Assembly: GCA_973895155.1 (NCBI GenBank)
Contig: OZ316895.1
Span: 4,079,659 to 4,143,658 of the forward strand
DNA: 64,000 bases
Direction: 5' to 3'
DNA from: Marsupella aquatica
Lineage: Eukaryota > Plantae > Marchantiophyta
Part shown: positions 1 through 13,260 of the stretch, in pieces
How positions within the stretch are numbered: position 1 is the first letter of the stretch
Layout: every line of letters starts with the position of its first letter
Program-made: the position numbers and the translations under genes
The notes under the pieces: generated by a model
The model's database searches: none
The model's input: the letters and a program-made list of their open reading frames with translations, nothing else
Told to the model about the DNA's origin: nothing

Positions 1-150
1 GGTACGCAACTTCCGTTTTTATAACGCAAGTTTTTAATCCTTATAATGGCCCTTAAATCAGGCTAAGTATATCCAATTGACCATGCTGGATTTCATTTCA
101 CTCTATGAAACTCTTGTACTTCTCAGATCAAAGATCCCAGAATTGTAACT

Positions 151-172
151 TATATATATATATATATATATA
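151..172. repeat. (TA)11 microsatellite
   Basis: Direct reading of the TA dinucleotide run. Confidence 0.95.
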
Positions 173-3100
173 TTTAATTTGCCAGAATCAATTTGAATCC
201 ATGGAGACCCCTGCGTAGCAAGGAACATAGCTTTTGGATAAATGCCCGGAGAAATGTTCTTCCATGCAAACTTACCTTTGTCTCACTTCTAAACCGTCTT
301 ATATCACATGCGTTAGTCAATAGGTCATATCAGTTCTATTTTGAGGAAGAATTACAAAGAACGTATATGGACTCACAAACTCCAAAATGTTCCGTGTCCT
401 TTTGTGATAATTCTCTACCACTTATTTTAAAGTTGATGAGGGTATCTAGTCAGGTGATTTGGGGCGCATTCAAATATGAGACCCCTTAGACTCGCCTTAT
501 ATACAAATTCCTGCCAAGAGTGAAGTTCTGGTGAGCTAGAAATGAATTTTGAAATTCATGGATACCCCTCTATTGCAAGGAACATGAGGTAAGAATGACA
601 AGAGCCCATCTCAGACAAGAGTTGCAACTTTATTAGAGTTCTCTACAGTCCATCTCTTATTCTGATGCATGTAACTTCTAGTTACAAGGACTCTCGACCT
701 CGGGAACGGAACAGAATAAACCAAGATTTTCAACGGTGTCCAATTTTAAGAACATGGGGGGTTGTCTAGAAGTGTCTAAGCGAAAGAAGTGGGGTAACCC
801 AATGAGGATCCAAACTGAAATGTTGATTAGTAGTAAATATTTGTGTGTGTGTTACCCAAGGAAGGTGCCCTGTCGATAATCACACATCAAAATGTCATAA
901 TATATGGTGTGCACTCATTGATTTAAATAAAATAATTATGTTTATTGTGGTATGGAGGGATGTTGTAATAGTATATGTCACATTTTTATGTGTAGTTACC
1001 TGGACCCAGGAAGTTGTACAAGGGGGCAATAGTGAGACATATTAGACTCTCACATGTGAGATAATGGTCTTTCATTCTCAACCATAGTTGGACATAAACA
1101 CCACAAAAGGAGGGAAACTTCTAGAAACGATTTGATTGGTTGAATGCAAGCTCATTAATAGGACCAATTGTGCATCCTTCTGCTATGGTCTGAAAGCATG
1201 GTGACAATCTAGGTATGATGTTTGTCTGGACATATTGAAGTCTTACTTTGAGACCTGGCTGCACATGGTGTATATCTGGGGGTAGGGTCACGCAGAGTAC
1301 AACTGCCAGAATTGTGATATACAGGAAAATAATTTTTAGCTACTTTGTCACTAAAGATGGCCCAAATATTTGACAATAATGTCACAATTACTTTTTATAT
1401 TTACAAATATGTCACGTGTTGTATATAGTTGACAAGTTCACCAAGATAACTAGAATAACCATATCTAAAAACCATGGCATTGTAAATATAATAAAATTAT
1501 AAATTGGAACATCTTTAATGACAATGTACTTAAAGTTATATAAAGGAAATGCAGGCCATGGACAATACAACAAGCCACATGAGGGAGAGTGAAACACTTT
1601 GTGCCATAGCCGGCAAGCAGTGAGGGAGGAGGATTGGTTGTTCTTCTTGGGACGAAAGCACTCTTTTGCTACCCGTCCGCTTAGAGAACCATAGAGATGG
1701 TCCTTAGACTAGAGAGGGTTACTTAATGTGGTAAAGTTGGAGTAACCAGAGTTCCTCGGTGTGTGGTTCGTATCATTCTGGGACTGTTGGTTACTGGACT
1801 GTAGTTGGTTGAGTATGGATGAGTATGCTGCAATTGTGGCAAACCAAGTCAATGCCCTCACATTATACCCAGCATCGTGCAAACTCCCCTATATTAAAAT
1901 TCCCAGGAAAAGAGTAGTCATTGCTTTCTCAAGTAAATCTCACGTAATCGAGCGGAGCAACAACGGCAGCTGAAGTGGGAATGCATGCAAATTTCCATAT
2001 TACTGCATGAAGTTGCCTTCATGAATTTGCCGCATGCAAATTTCCAGATTACTGCATGGATTTGCCCTCATGAATTTGCCGCATGCATTCCATGGATCTC
2101 AATCCCCGGCTCCCCGCAAATTTCACCTTACGCCAAGCTCCCCATGATTAGTGGTAACCAAAAGTTCTCTCAACAGGTCAGGTCAGGAGAGAGAATGAAA
2201 GTGGAATCTGCCCCGTAAACCCCGTAAAGCGCACACCTACTGTAAAAGACAACATGACAACTATTGTAAAAGACAACATGATTGATAACAAGACCCAGGT
2301 GGGCACAATAACACTCCTTCCACACAATATTTATGAGAGACTCTGACTGGCTTCTAAGGCTCGACTTGATAGTTGATACTATGTACTGTATGCCAGCATC
2401 ATTCTATCCACCCAGGCTCGACTTGATACTATGTACTGTATGTCAACATCATTTTATCCACCCACGTCCCTCCCATTGTTGGTCTGGCTGCAGCAGAACT
2501 TTATTTTGGAGCTACTGGAGCTGAAGACAGAAGACTGGGCTTGGCTGGATGTTGGTCACCAGGAGCAGTCGAGCACCTTTCGTTATTGCCACTCTACTAC
2601 TTCTACTCTAGGCAGTAGTAAGGACTAAGGAGTCCCTCTTGCCCTCGTGTTCCGCAATTTGCCCGCGCTGGCTGCTGGACCACTCCTACTACTGCATCCG
2701 TTCGTCCTTCCAGCTAGCCAGCCCAGCCCAACCGACTTTCACGGATCCCCAAGCAATGCTTGCTTCCTTACTTGCCCTCCTCCCTTCTTACGTTTTCATC
2801 CTGGCATCCAAGGTGCTGCTGCTTGTTGCCCGTCCGGAATGGTGCATGTGCAGGAACGAAAGGAGCTGCACGAACAAATGTACAGTGGCCAGCCATGTGG
2901 GGAAAGTCTGGCCGGTCCATCGCAGGCAGGCAAGCTTGGCGCGAACATAATGCGGCTGAACTGAGTCTTTTCCTGTGTTCCTCAGGCAGGAATCCAGAGG
3001 CTAGAACTCACTGGCGAAAAAGGCATTCTCTATATGAACGATGGTGGATTCGCCAGAACAGCAATGAAAGCAATAAAAAATGATTGTGCAGATTACGTGA

Positions 3101-3212
3101 GTTCCTGAATTTTTTTCTGATGTGGACTCCCGAGAGAAAGGTTCATTCGTTCAATAATAATGACGTGAAATGAAGACTCCGCCGGTGAGAGGAATGTGAT
3201 GAAAAGCTGCTA

Positions 3213-3244
3213 CATCCATCCATCCATCCATCCATCCATCCATC
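3213..3244. repeat. (CATC)8 microsatellite
   Basis: Eight perfect CATC units. Confidence 0.95.
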
Positions 3245-4064
3245 AAGGAAGGAAAAGTATGTAACCTCCAGGGATGTAAGAAGCCCAGGAGGAGCAAATC
3301 AATCGACGGGACGACATTCTCCCAGGACGGCATCCTTCGCTCCCTTCTCTCCCGTCAGAGAACCGCCAACCGTGCGGCTCGGCTCGTTAAGGTGAGGCAA
3401 TCAATCAGGCAAGAATAGTGGGGCATTACTGGGCTTGCAAGCATCCAAGCGAGCGAGAGAGGCAGCAGTAAAAGATAGAAATGATGTGCGCTGCACTAGT
3501 AGACGGCGGTGGTAGTTGGCGCTTGGCAGATTGATTTCCAAGTAGTGACAGTTTAGTGTGATTGATTTTAGTCCGTCGTATCATCCACGGTACGTCCCTC
3601 CAGCCTCAGGCATGACACCGCCTCCTCCGCACGTCGCCGTTCGTGGGGGCACCGGCGCCGAATAATAATAATAACTCCATGGAGCGATGGAGTCTGGAGA
3701 TCTGGATCCATCCTTCCTTCCACAGTTCCACAGTTTCATTCCATCCCCACTTGCGAGATCAGGCGTGCCTTGCTTCAAGGTTGCTTGCTCGCCTTCTTAC
3801 GGTACTTTTTTTTTTTTTTTCCCAACTGACAGCGGTCCTGCAGCTGCGAGTCCTCCGCCATGGCACCCACGTGAGTCCCTAGTCCTTCACTCCTGTCGGC
3901 GGTTCCCCGGACGCAAATGGAACTCCGGTTTACGTGACGCACAGTTTACACGGCAGAACGACGGACAGACGGACGGGACTACGCAAGGACAGACGGAGGA
4001 CAAAGCGAGCCCTTACTGGCACGCAGACTCCGAACCGGCCACAAACTTAGCCTAGTGCCCTTCC

Positions 4065-4301
4065 ATTTCGCCAGGGACTAGCGTGAAACATTATTTCCTC
4101 ACTTTTAAACAATGTATTTCGCCAGGGACTAGCGTGAAACATTATTTCCTCACTTTTAAACAATGTATTTCGCCAGGGACTAGCGTGAAACAATGTATTT
4201 CGCCAGGGACTAGCGTGAAACATTATTTCCTCACTTTTAAACAATGTATATTTCGCCAGGGACTAGCGTGAAACATTATTTTCTCATTTTCAAACAGTGT
4301 A
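4065..4301. repeat. 51-bp tandem minisatellite (~5 units, one shortened)
   Basis: Unit ATTTCGCCAGGGACTAGCGTGAAACATTATTTCCTCACTTTTAAACAATGT starts at 4065, 4116, 4167 (30-bp deleted form), 4197 and ~4250. Confidence 0.95.
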
Positions 4302-6057
4302 TACACTGGAAAGTCAGTGTTCTTACCGGGATGTTTAGAATAATACTGAAATTTCACTCAAATCTCTTGTTTGGGTTAGAGAGGTTTGCACCTGCATTAG
4401 ATCACACCAATTCAGTGCATATATTTATATATTTATGTAGGCTTGTGTGTTGGTTTTCGATGATTTATACGTGTGTAGATCTACCCTAACTTACATATTT
4501 TGAATATATTCTGCTCTTTTCTCTCCTCATTTTTTCTCCCGTTTGCACCAGGAAGAGGGGTACCGGGAGGGGGCAGGGGGGTTAGCCGGTTCCATACCTC
4601 AAGTTTTTTTCTTACCACAATGGGCCGCCATCATTTTTGCAGGTTTTATTTTGTTCAAATTTTGCATGTTCTTGAGTTTTCCATTGGAGGTTTTTCTGTA
4701 CTATCATCTTTTTGTGAAAGTTTTTTCCCAGTTTGGGGGGGGGGGGGGGGGGGTGCTCAGTATAAGACATTGACTAAAATCACAAAGATGACAGGGAGAG
4801 CCACTTGTGAGAAAGTGTCCAACAATAGTCACACCCCTTGATGTATTGAGACTCGGTCTTGTTCGGCTTGGTGTCATCTCCACTTCTGGGAGGTGATTAG
4901 ACAGGATGGATGTGGTGCCTCGCCTGCTTACAGTTGGCTTACATGCTTACAGTCGGCTTACAATCCAAATGCATGCCTCACTGTGCAAGTATGTACAACA
5001 ACAATCATATGATACATGGTATTAGCAATTTCCAAAAACCATGCATTGTTGCCACTCAGTTCTTTTAAGGTTTTCCTCGAAAGGCATGCATTCCAATCTA
5101 ATGCATGCCCAGCCTATCTAGAGATAGATTATCCAGTAAAATCCATTGGATTGAGACATACGAGGAATCGGAAACACATATAAAGGAAGGTCACGGTGTA
5201 AAGTTAGTTGCTGATGAATTGAATGAGACCGTGTAAGTAGAGCTAAGACTTCAGTGGCAAGTAAAAAACAATTGTCCATGATGTCACCAGCCAACCCCCT
5301 AGCCTTGATCCCCATCCCTTTTGATGAAGGGCAAGAATGTTCCTAACTACTAGAGTTTGCAGACTTGACTGTCCATGAATCTATGAGTAAGAGTTACACC
5401 TAACTGCCAGATTACTTTGTAATATCAAGAACTGCTTTCCGGCAGTTGGTGAAGGTATAATGTAAGGATCGCAAGCATCAGTGATTTGATGCTGGACCAA
5501 CTGAAGGGCAAAATCATCAGGACTTAATTGAATTAACAAACAAGATTGAATGAAATTTTAAATTTTAAAAAATCTGTTTGAATGTATACAAAAAATAATA
5601 ATAAATAATTAAAACAAAGCACAAAATACTCCCTATGCTCGACCATGCTTAGACTCGCTGATGCAATGGCAACTGTCACCCATTTTTGTGTCCCTGTGCT
5701 CTAACCTTTGATAACAACAATGACCAATATGATAACATTCTCTAGAATAACAACAACCGGGCCAAAATGAGGAGACTTGCACACCCACAAAGTATGATAA
5801 CAATCGCCAACAGTCTGTTAAATGAAGCAATGCTGATGTCTTCTATTATGACATCTTTTATGCAACTGTCTTTCAAGCAATGACACCCTAAACACAAATG
5901 CATACATATTTGTGGAACCTATTATGCATCAATATCCATTATTTACAGTCAATTAGTTTTTCAAAAACATGTCTCATGCACAATTTTTTTCTTGTTTTTT
6001 GGAATGGGTATGTTTATGAATTTGAAGCCCTTCTGGACCCACAAGGTTGGTATTCAA

Positions 6058-6427
6058 AACCCCCATAAACCATATTTCCCAAAATTTGAGTTTAATTGTA
6101 GGGATTTCTTATTCATAAATATATTTATGTTCTGGGGAACCGAAGACTCCTCCTCCTAGAACGTTTGACAGCAGTCCTGTTGTTACACAAAAACAGACTA
6201 CCTGCCGACCGACTGGAAGTCCCTCGTCCCCGAAGGAGGCTTGCGCAACCCCCATACCCCACATTTCTCAAAATCTGATTTTAATCATAATAACTTCATA
6301 TTCAGAAATATATTTATGTTTTGGGGAACTAAAGACTCCTCTTCCCAGAACCTTATACAGTCCCGTTGTTACACAAAACGAACCACATGCCGACTGGAAG
6401 TCCCTCGTCCCCGAAGGAGGCTTGCGC
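6058..6427. repeat. Diverged ~185-bp tandem duplication
   Basis: Two copies begin AACCCCCATA (6058, 6247) and both end in an identical GACTGGAAGTCCCTCGTCCCCGAAGGAGGCTTGCGC. Confidence 0.85.
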
Positions 6428-6829
6428 GCCGTGGGGGAAAGATGCCATGCAGAAAGAAATAGGCCCCTTGTCCTTTTGGAGCTCACCAGAACCAAGGTGA
6501 ACGGGACGCGGCGCAGTGCCACCTCACCAGCACCTCCCCTGCCCGTACCGAAGAGTACTGACTACAGTGTAAAGTAGCGCATCAATGCCACTCAGTACCG
6601 TATTTACTGCACTAATACCGAGCTGTACAGACCCTAGTGGACTCATCATATACTGTATCCGTATCCTTAGCCGTATCCTGGCTGCTCTCTAATAACTGAC
6701 TTGGACAAGTTAACCCGCACTCTCACTCCATCGCTCTGTCGGTCTCTTTGTCTTTCGGTCGCGTTGTCTTTCGGTCTGTCGGGCTGTGGATGCCCCTTTC
6801 TTCCGTCGCCGTCGACTGACGTCGTCTAG

Positions 6830-7200
6830 TATTTATTATTAAATCAAGACAAGATGAGAGGATTTATGAGGCAAACAAAAAACATAAGAAAAATAAGGAG
6901 AATAGTGCTCACAAATGTGGGTACATCATTACATATGAGTGGCATTATAGCATTTATAGCATATATAACAGTGTCGGAGAACAAAAATGCCCAACCGGGA
7001 GACCCGGGGTCCCAAAGGCAAAGCAACCCAGTAAAGAGAAAAGGGAAGAAAAAAAAACAAGAGAAGACCAAAGAGGCCCAACAAAGCGAGGAGTCCTCCA
7101 TGACCAAAATGGAACGACGAACCAAAGATGCGATATATGAATGGCACTTTTCCAATGGCCATCTGTTGCACGGTTCTCGATATGGCTCTGTCATTGTTGC
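6830..7200 (-). mobile_element. Probable 3'-end fragment of a LINE
   Basis: The minus strand is T/C-rich and 3'UTR-like, ending in an A-rich tail (..TAATAATAAATA). It shares TCCCAAAGGC..AACCCA words with fragments near 52690-52800 and 55690-55930. Confidence 0.35.
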
Positions 7201-8619
7201 AACCATGTTGCGGTTATCACTGTGGCTGAGTTAGCGTTGCGGCGGTGTCGTGGTTGTTAAAGTCAACTGTCATTTCAGTTGGGTTGCTTGTGTGTCTGGG
7301 TGTTTGCTGGGGTTGTCTTGCGGTTAAAGGGTTATTTCTAAGAAATTAGCCCAATGCCCATGCATTGCAGGGTATCATCGAGTGGAATTGTCTTGGTTGT
7401 TTGCAGAGGCTTAGTTACTTGAGCCCTGGACATTTCCTGTTGGAGCTCAGCAGTCTTTATTACTTCCTTCTACTTGGCCAAGTGTCATCATTGAGGATGT
7501 GGTGTTGTTGCAGAAGTTGTCAAGTGAAAGGGCGATCCAAGAAGAACTAAAAAAAAGTGTTAGATGGTGGAACTGTCTTTGTTGTGGAAGTGTAGTCAAG
7601 CTGAAGTGTTGTCCTTAGAAAACATGTACTTCCAGAAAACTTTTCTGTGCAGAAATGTAGCTGCACAATAGTGGTGTTGTGAATGATGTACAGGATACAG
7701 ACAGAGGAAGATTGCAAGCAGAAATAAGGAATAGAATGAAAAGGGTAAGGAGAGTTGTAGTAAGAGATCCAGCTTAAGCCAGGGTGCTTGGAAATGCATT
7801 TAATAACTCTGCCGCAACTTGCTCCCTTTCCCTTTGCAACATGTTTGCTTGTTTAATTGTAAGTTCGGATTACATTGACTCTCCCAGATGAAACGTGTCG
7901 AGCATGGGGCAACCAGAACCGAGAAGGAGATCCATGTCTCAAGTGTTGGGTTGGAGAGCCCCCCAAATTTGCACATATTCATCCACACATTCGAGGCATG
8001 GGACAGTCAAAATTTCTCCAGTTTGATTCGTTGACACTTGAGAGGGGAGATGCGCTTTCCCCCACATAAATGTTTTTTTCTTTAGGAAAAGTTCATTTCA
8101 CCCGGATGTCATTTCCAAATCATTTCCAAATCACTTCAGGTAATTTAGGAAAAAACCTGTTGGTGTCATGAGTGCCACGCCTTCAGTATCCTTTGTGAGT
8201 GATCTGCAGTTCTGCACTCGAGTGCACACTTTCGTTGCATGTATTTGTACAACCAGGATCTATTCTATGTAATATCATCCTCTGATAAAGTAGTTGGTTA
8301 GGGGATGAGCCTTGGGGCCCTCAATTTATCATTGTCCCCTTTGCTTGCATATGTATATTATTTCCAGTGCCTGTGAAAACATTGCCCAATCATGGGTTGA
8401 AAGGTTGAACTTCAATGATATCCCCCCCCCCCCCCCCCGCAAGTTGGCCGATTTCCTTTCCACTTTACAAAAAGAAGGGTGTGCAGAAATGACCCCAGAA
8501 ATTAACAGAGATGGGGCTCCCAATTTAGAGACAGAACTGCAGATCTTATGGGTAGTTTTGCTTTCTGCATGACAAATCTCAAGTGCATTCAAAAAGTCAC
8601 AAAATCACAACAAATATTA

Positions 8620-10107
8620 TGGCATTACTAGTGGTGAAGGAAAGGGCCACCCAGAGAGAAAGTACGAGCCATTTCTTGCAGCTTAGAACTTGTCTTTCAA
8701 AATTTGTATCATAATTCCTGATTGAAGTTTACCTTTCATGAGTAAAGTGAATCCATATGACCCAGTTTATCAGGTGACAAATAAATTTGATAATGAGACA
8801 ATGCATGTGAAGAGGGACTTACATGAGGAGTCTGGCACAGATGAGCCGTTCTTGTGCATACACACAGATATCTAGGTTAATGACCATAGTTGTAGGTAGA
8901 AATCTGGTTGCTGCTTTCCTGAGGTAATTTGATGGTAGGGCTTGTGAAGGGATTGCCAAGCCTACTCTTTCATACTCACCATTGCTATAAGCATTTTGCA
9001 TGTAGTCATCATTCCAATACTCAAAAAAGTTTCTTTTCAAATTAATGGACCTTGCCCATGATTATAGATTTCTCAAGTTCTCATACCTGAAACTTGCTTA
9101 GCTATATTGGATCTTTGGGATAATTTAAGCCACACTGATTCATTACAAGTATAGGAAGGCCATCCTTGCCTGTTGCGGGATGTGGGCAGGGAGGCAGTGA
9201 CATTGTGGAATTGCCTCACAGAACCAACAACCTAGATTGCCTAATTGTGGTATTGATTTATGCTCCCACTTCTCTCCCACCAAGATAAGTAATGTCATCA
9301 GATATTAGTCAAGTCCATCACTGAACCTGATATCAGTTGCCAGGTCATCTCAGAAAGACAATCTAGATGTGATAGAAGAACAGAGCAAAATATTAACAAT
9401 ACAAATTTCATGTTCAAAATTTGAGATAAAAGTGGGCCCATCTTTGAGTTTCGGCAAGGCTCTATCTCAGCTGCACAGCTGAGATTCACAAAAAGTTTGA
9501 ACAAAATGACTGATAACTGATGAAATTGGTTACCCCCTCCCATCCTTATCTTTCTCACAAGCTGATCATGGGATAACACCATGGTACGCTGAGCTTAAAA
9601 TCACAAGGAACCAATACCTTAGACTGTATACTTCGGGAAACAAGTTCTTGATTGCCTCCCACACTCGCTCCCTCACTACTTTCAATCCCGCTTTCAGTGG
9701 AATAACATCACTGCACCCTAAGCTAGAATCCCCAATTTGCTTTTTTGCTTTTTTTTAAATTAACCCCGCAGAAAGGGAAGAGTCAGTCACAATAGTTGAA
9801 CCCAAAACTTATCAGTCTCTACTCAAGTGAGCTACCACAAAGTCATGCCTCTCTGGGCCCCAATTTGTTTTTTAATATGTTGAATTATATTCGGAAATCC
9901 TGCCCAAGAATTTCAGCAGTCGACTGGAAATTCTGCATGTTTGCCCTGCTGGTTAGTTTTGTATTGAATGACAACAGATTTAATGGCAAAATTAACGTGT
10001 GAGATACAGCACAGTGAGAGGTTAGTTTCCGGGTTTAGATACAAGTAGAAGTTTGGCATGTCACTCTTCTCCAGTGACAATTGTAGTGGTCTTTTGATTC
10101 CATTTAT

Positions 10108-10148
<41 letters not shown>

Positions 10149-11340
10149 CAATGGGCACAACCTGGTAACTATTGAATATAGTATTGACCTTCACTGTCTA
10201 TGGCCGTTGGACCACCTTGACATTGGGCGTGGCATTATATTTTCTGCCAGCTTTTAGAAATACTTCTAGAAGAACAAATGTCGGATTAATTCAGTCTGAA
10301 GCCATGTTGCGCATACATATGCCAATGGATATGAGCAGGTAAATTTGTTTATTCCATGTCCAGATGTTTGATATGGGCTAAGTGAACCACATAGGCAAAC
10401 TTGAGGTTTTACAACATTCAGTCCAAATCACTAAAACCATCCTACTCACTGATGTATTCCAATTGAAGGTTCATGCATCATATCCTCAGTCGTATCATCG
10501 GCCAAATTCTCAGGGGTGAATATATGTACCATACTTTTCTTGAATATATTATATCTAATAAACACATATTTATTGGCCTAAGAAAATACTTTCCAAGAAC
10601 CTCTAGTTGCCCATGTCTTCAATGGGTTTTTACATTTGTTTGGAAGATATTTCAGGATGTTTTCAGGTCCTGTGGTCACAGATTATTCCAGCTCATCTTG
10701 ATGATTCAATCACCAAAGTAGACAACTTAACCAAAAGTCTTGATCGTGGGTTTCCCCTTAACATTAGTTCGTGGACCCCGGGTTGGAACTATAGTGACAA
10801 CCTTTTTGGAACAATACTGTTATATACAGAAATTACTCATTGTTTAAAAATGGCCCTGGCAAAGGTTTGCTACAAAAAGTTTGTCATAACACATGCACAA
10901 AGCTCATTATTTACACTCACAGTCAGTGTTTTCTCATCTTTTATGGGGTCCAATGATGATCCTTTTTTTCAGTGACTTATAATGCTGTCAGTAACTAGCA
11001 AAAAAACAGTGCTCATGGATCCTTTGCCTCTTATATAGCAATCACTCATGATCCATTCAAGTCAGTCACCCTCTATTAATTCTGTGTGGATAGAAATGAA
11101 TCCTCCAAACCATTTATGTCAATCAGCAGCATTGTTTTTGGGCCCCCCACTATCACTCTGTTTTCCCTTTTTCTTTTTTCCTTTCTCTTTCATGTGATTG
11201 GTTTGATCAGGGTAGTTGGAGAGTTTGGAACATCCCTTTTTCTTCAAATTTTTCTAGTTGGTAGGTCCCCAAGTTAGGCAGCACCACAAATAATCTCAGC
11301 CCAAATGGACTTGAGATGTTAAAGACCTATCCTGATACTT
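8620..11340 (-). mobile_element. Highly degenerate LINE (RTE/L1-like reverse transcriptase relic)
   Basis: Ordered RT motif remnants on the minus strand: GGxQ..LSVILFKLFVN (~9540-9480, QGxPLSPxLF-like), frameshifted F-x-DD-LA-LIS (~9350), TYLG (~9285) and a C-terminal ARLL segment (~8830). Many stops and frameshifts. Confidence 0.55.
10117..10147. repeat. (GT)n microsatellite
   Basis: About 15 GT units. Confidence 0.95.
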
Positions 11341-12859
11341 TATTGATGCAACCTAGGATGGTGACATATCCAGTAGTATAGAAGTAGTACCATGAAAACT
11401 CAAAAAGAACACCTGACTAATTTAAAGAACCATCACTTGAATGTGCACACATATCACTACTTATTAACATCTGACCCTATCCGTCAAGCTCAGAAATTCA
11501 ACGGCTTGTTTGTGCAATTTTAGTTTCTACCTTGTTGTTTGTTGTTATGTGCATTTTTTAAGGTTTTTTGGTCAGAGACAAAACACACTGTCGTGTCTGC
11601 ATGTTGTTGCAAACAGAGATGTCCTTGTTTGTGACTGTGGAGCCAGTGGATTTGGAAGACAATTCTCATGAAGGTTGGTAATAAAATATTTTTTTCTTGA
11701 CGAAGCACTTCTCACCCGAAAAGAAACTATGGCAGCAATTTCAGAAGAGAAATCCGATCACCCACAAGTATCTCTGAAAATTATCCTGCCTGAAAGGTTT
11801 TTTCAGAGCCTTCAGCACTCGACGCGCTGCTGACCCCTTTTTCCGTAGTTGTCACTCGTATAGAAATATAGAAACGATCCATGTAAGATCATTCGAGGTT
11901 AAACGAAAGGAAAGATGGATGAGATTATCATGGGATCCGAGGAGTCTCCTGATCGTTCAATGATTTGGAAGGCTGTTCATCGATGTCCAGCTTTTGCTGT
12001 ACAAGGGAAACAACCCAGACAGCGAATATTTCTGGCAATCTGTGTTATGTGCTGGTTGACAGGGTCTTGCAACAGAGAGCGGTACCATGAGAGAATATTT
12101 ATTTGTTTCCATGAATCGATTTAAACTTGATTTATGTCAGCTTCTTCAACCGATGTTCCCCAGATCACAGCTGAATCTCCCGTGCGACCTGGTCACATGG
12201 GAAGCATGCTTTTCCGTGTGCCCACAGCTATGGTGTTTATTCGCTTGCTAGACGCAAAGGTCCACGCGTGCTCTATTTCTGAAAGAATGGATTGCCCCGC
12301 CCCTGCCCGATTTGATCGATCATCTAACACCGTAGTTGGATGCCAAAACGAATCCATGCGTCAGATACACAATCTAGACCGACCTCCTAGCATCAGTGGG
12401 TCCACCGTCTTTTGATCAGAAGAGAGGCCCAGCTTTAGAAGCATAAAGCAATGGAGTTCGAGGATGTGGACACTTTGTGGAAGGCCCTTTTCAGACTATG
12501 ACTGCGGTAGACTGAGTTTCAATAGTTGGACTGAAGCCCACCATCGTAACGCCCCGTAAAAGGCAATTAACTAAACTTAGCAGCGGCCCTGTTTAAGGCT
12601 TTAAGCTTTGTCTAGATTGAGTTTTATTGTATTGTTGCACTCAACCCCACCATCAGAACTCTTTCCAAAAAGGTGGCTAAATAATTATGCAGCGATTGTC
12701 AATCATGTGGTTGCCAATAATAACATTACGGGTTGGTTTGGTGGATTTTATGGGAAAGACAAAAATACAAATCCATCCCTGAAAAATTCTACCAATTTGG
12801 CAAGGTGTTGTTGTTGTTGGGGGGGGGGGGTGCTACGTTACTCATCAGTGGAAAACTAA

Positions 12860-13260
12860 CGTGGTGCATTATTGCTAATCCCAGTAGTAGTTTTAGACAG
12901 GCATCTAAGACCCATGTACTAACTATGGGAACAAATTATCCGTGGGGACTCATGATGCTCCCAATAGAATGAAGTACAAGAAGTGAGAAAGAATAGTTTG
13001 GAAGAGGTTTTGCAGGATGTCGTAATGACAGTAGGTTGTCCTCCAGGTATCCTAAACTCTCGACAGCTTTTGAGGAAGACTAAGAGTCACTAAGCTGAAG
13101 GAATGATGCCAGTAAACATGATTCTTGAAAGGCTGTCCACATGCGAGGTGCATGACTTTTGCAAGCTTGCACCCACGAGATCTCCTTTCACTATGTGAGC
13201 TCCTTCCAGAAGAGTTTTACAGTGATCATGAAGAACTACAGTAGTCGTCTACAAGGCACA
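12860..13260 (-). mobile_element. Possible degenerate RLE-endonuclease fragment of a non-LTR element
   Basis: Minus-strand FVPIVSTW resembles the F-x-P-x-x-x-E/T-x-x-G RLE motif; little else is recognisable. Confidence 0.2.

Noticed and set aside
600-800. Short inverted matches to 51515-51795 (AAGAAGTGGGG, GACAAGAGTTG)
   Set aside because: The matches are too short and scattered to assert homology without an alignment.
4047-4271. Repetitive ORFs across the 51-bp array (and across 38253-38685)
   Set aside because: They are artefacts of repeat units with lengths divisible by three; no protein-like features.
12525-12540. TTGGACTGAAG partial miR319 match (also TGCCTGGCT miR160-like at 22152)
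   Set aside because: Only 9-11 nt match and no complementary arm was seen.
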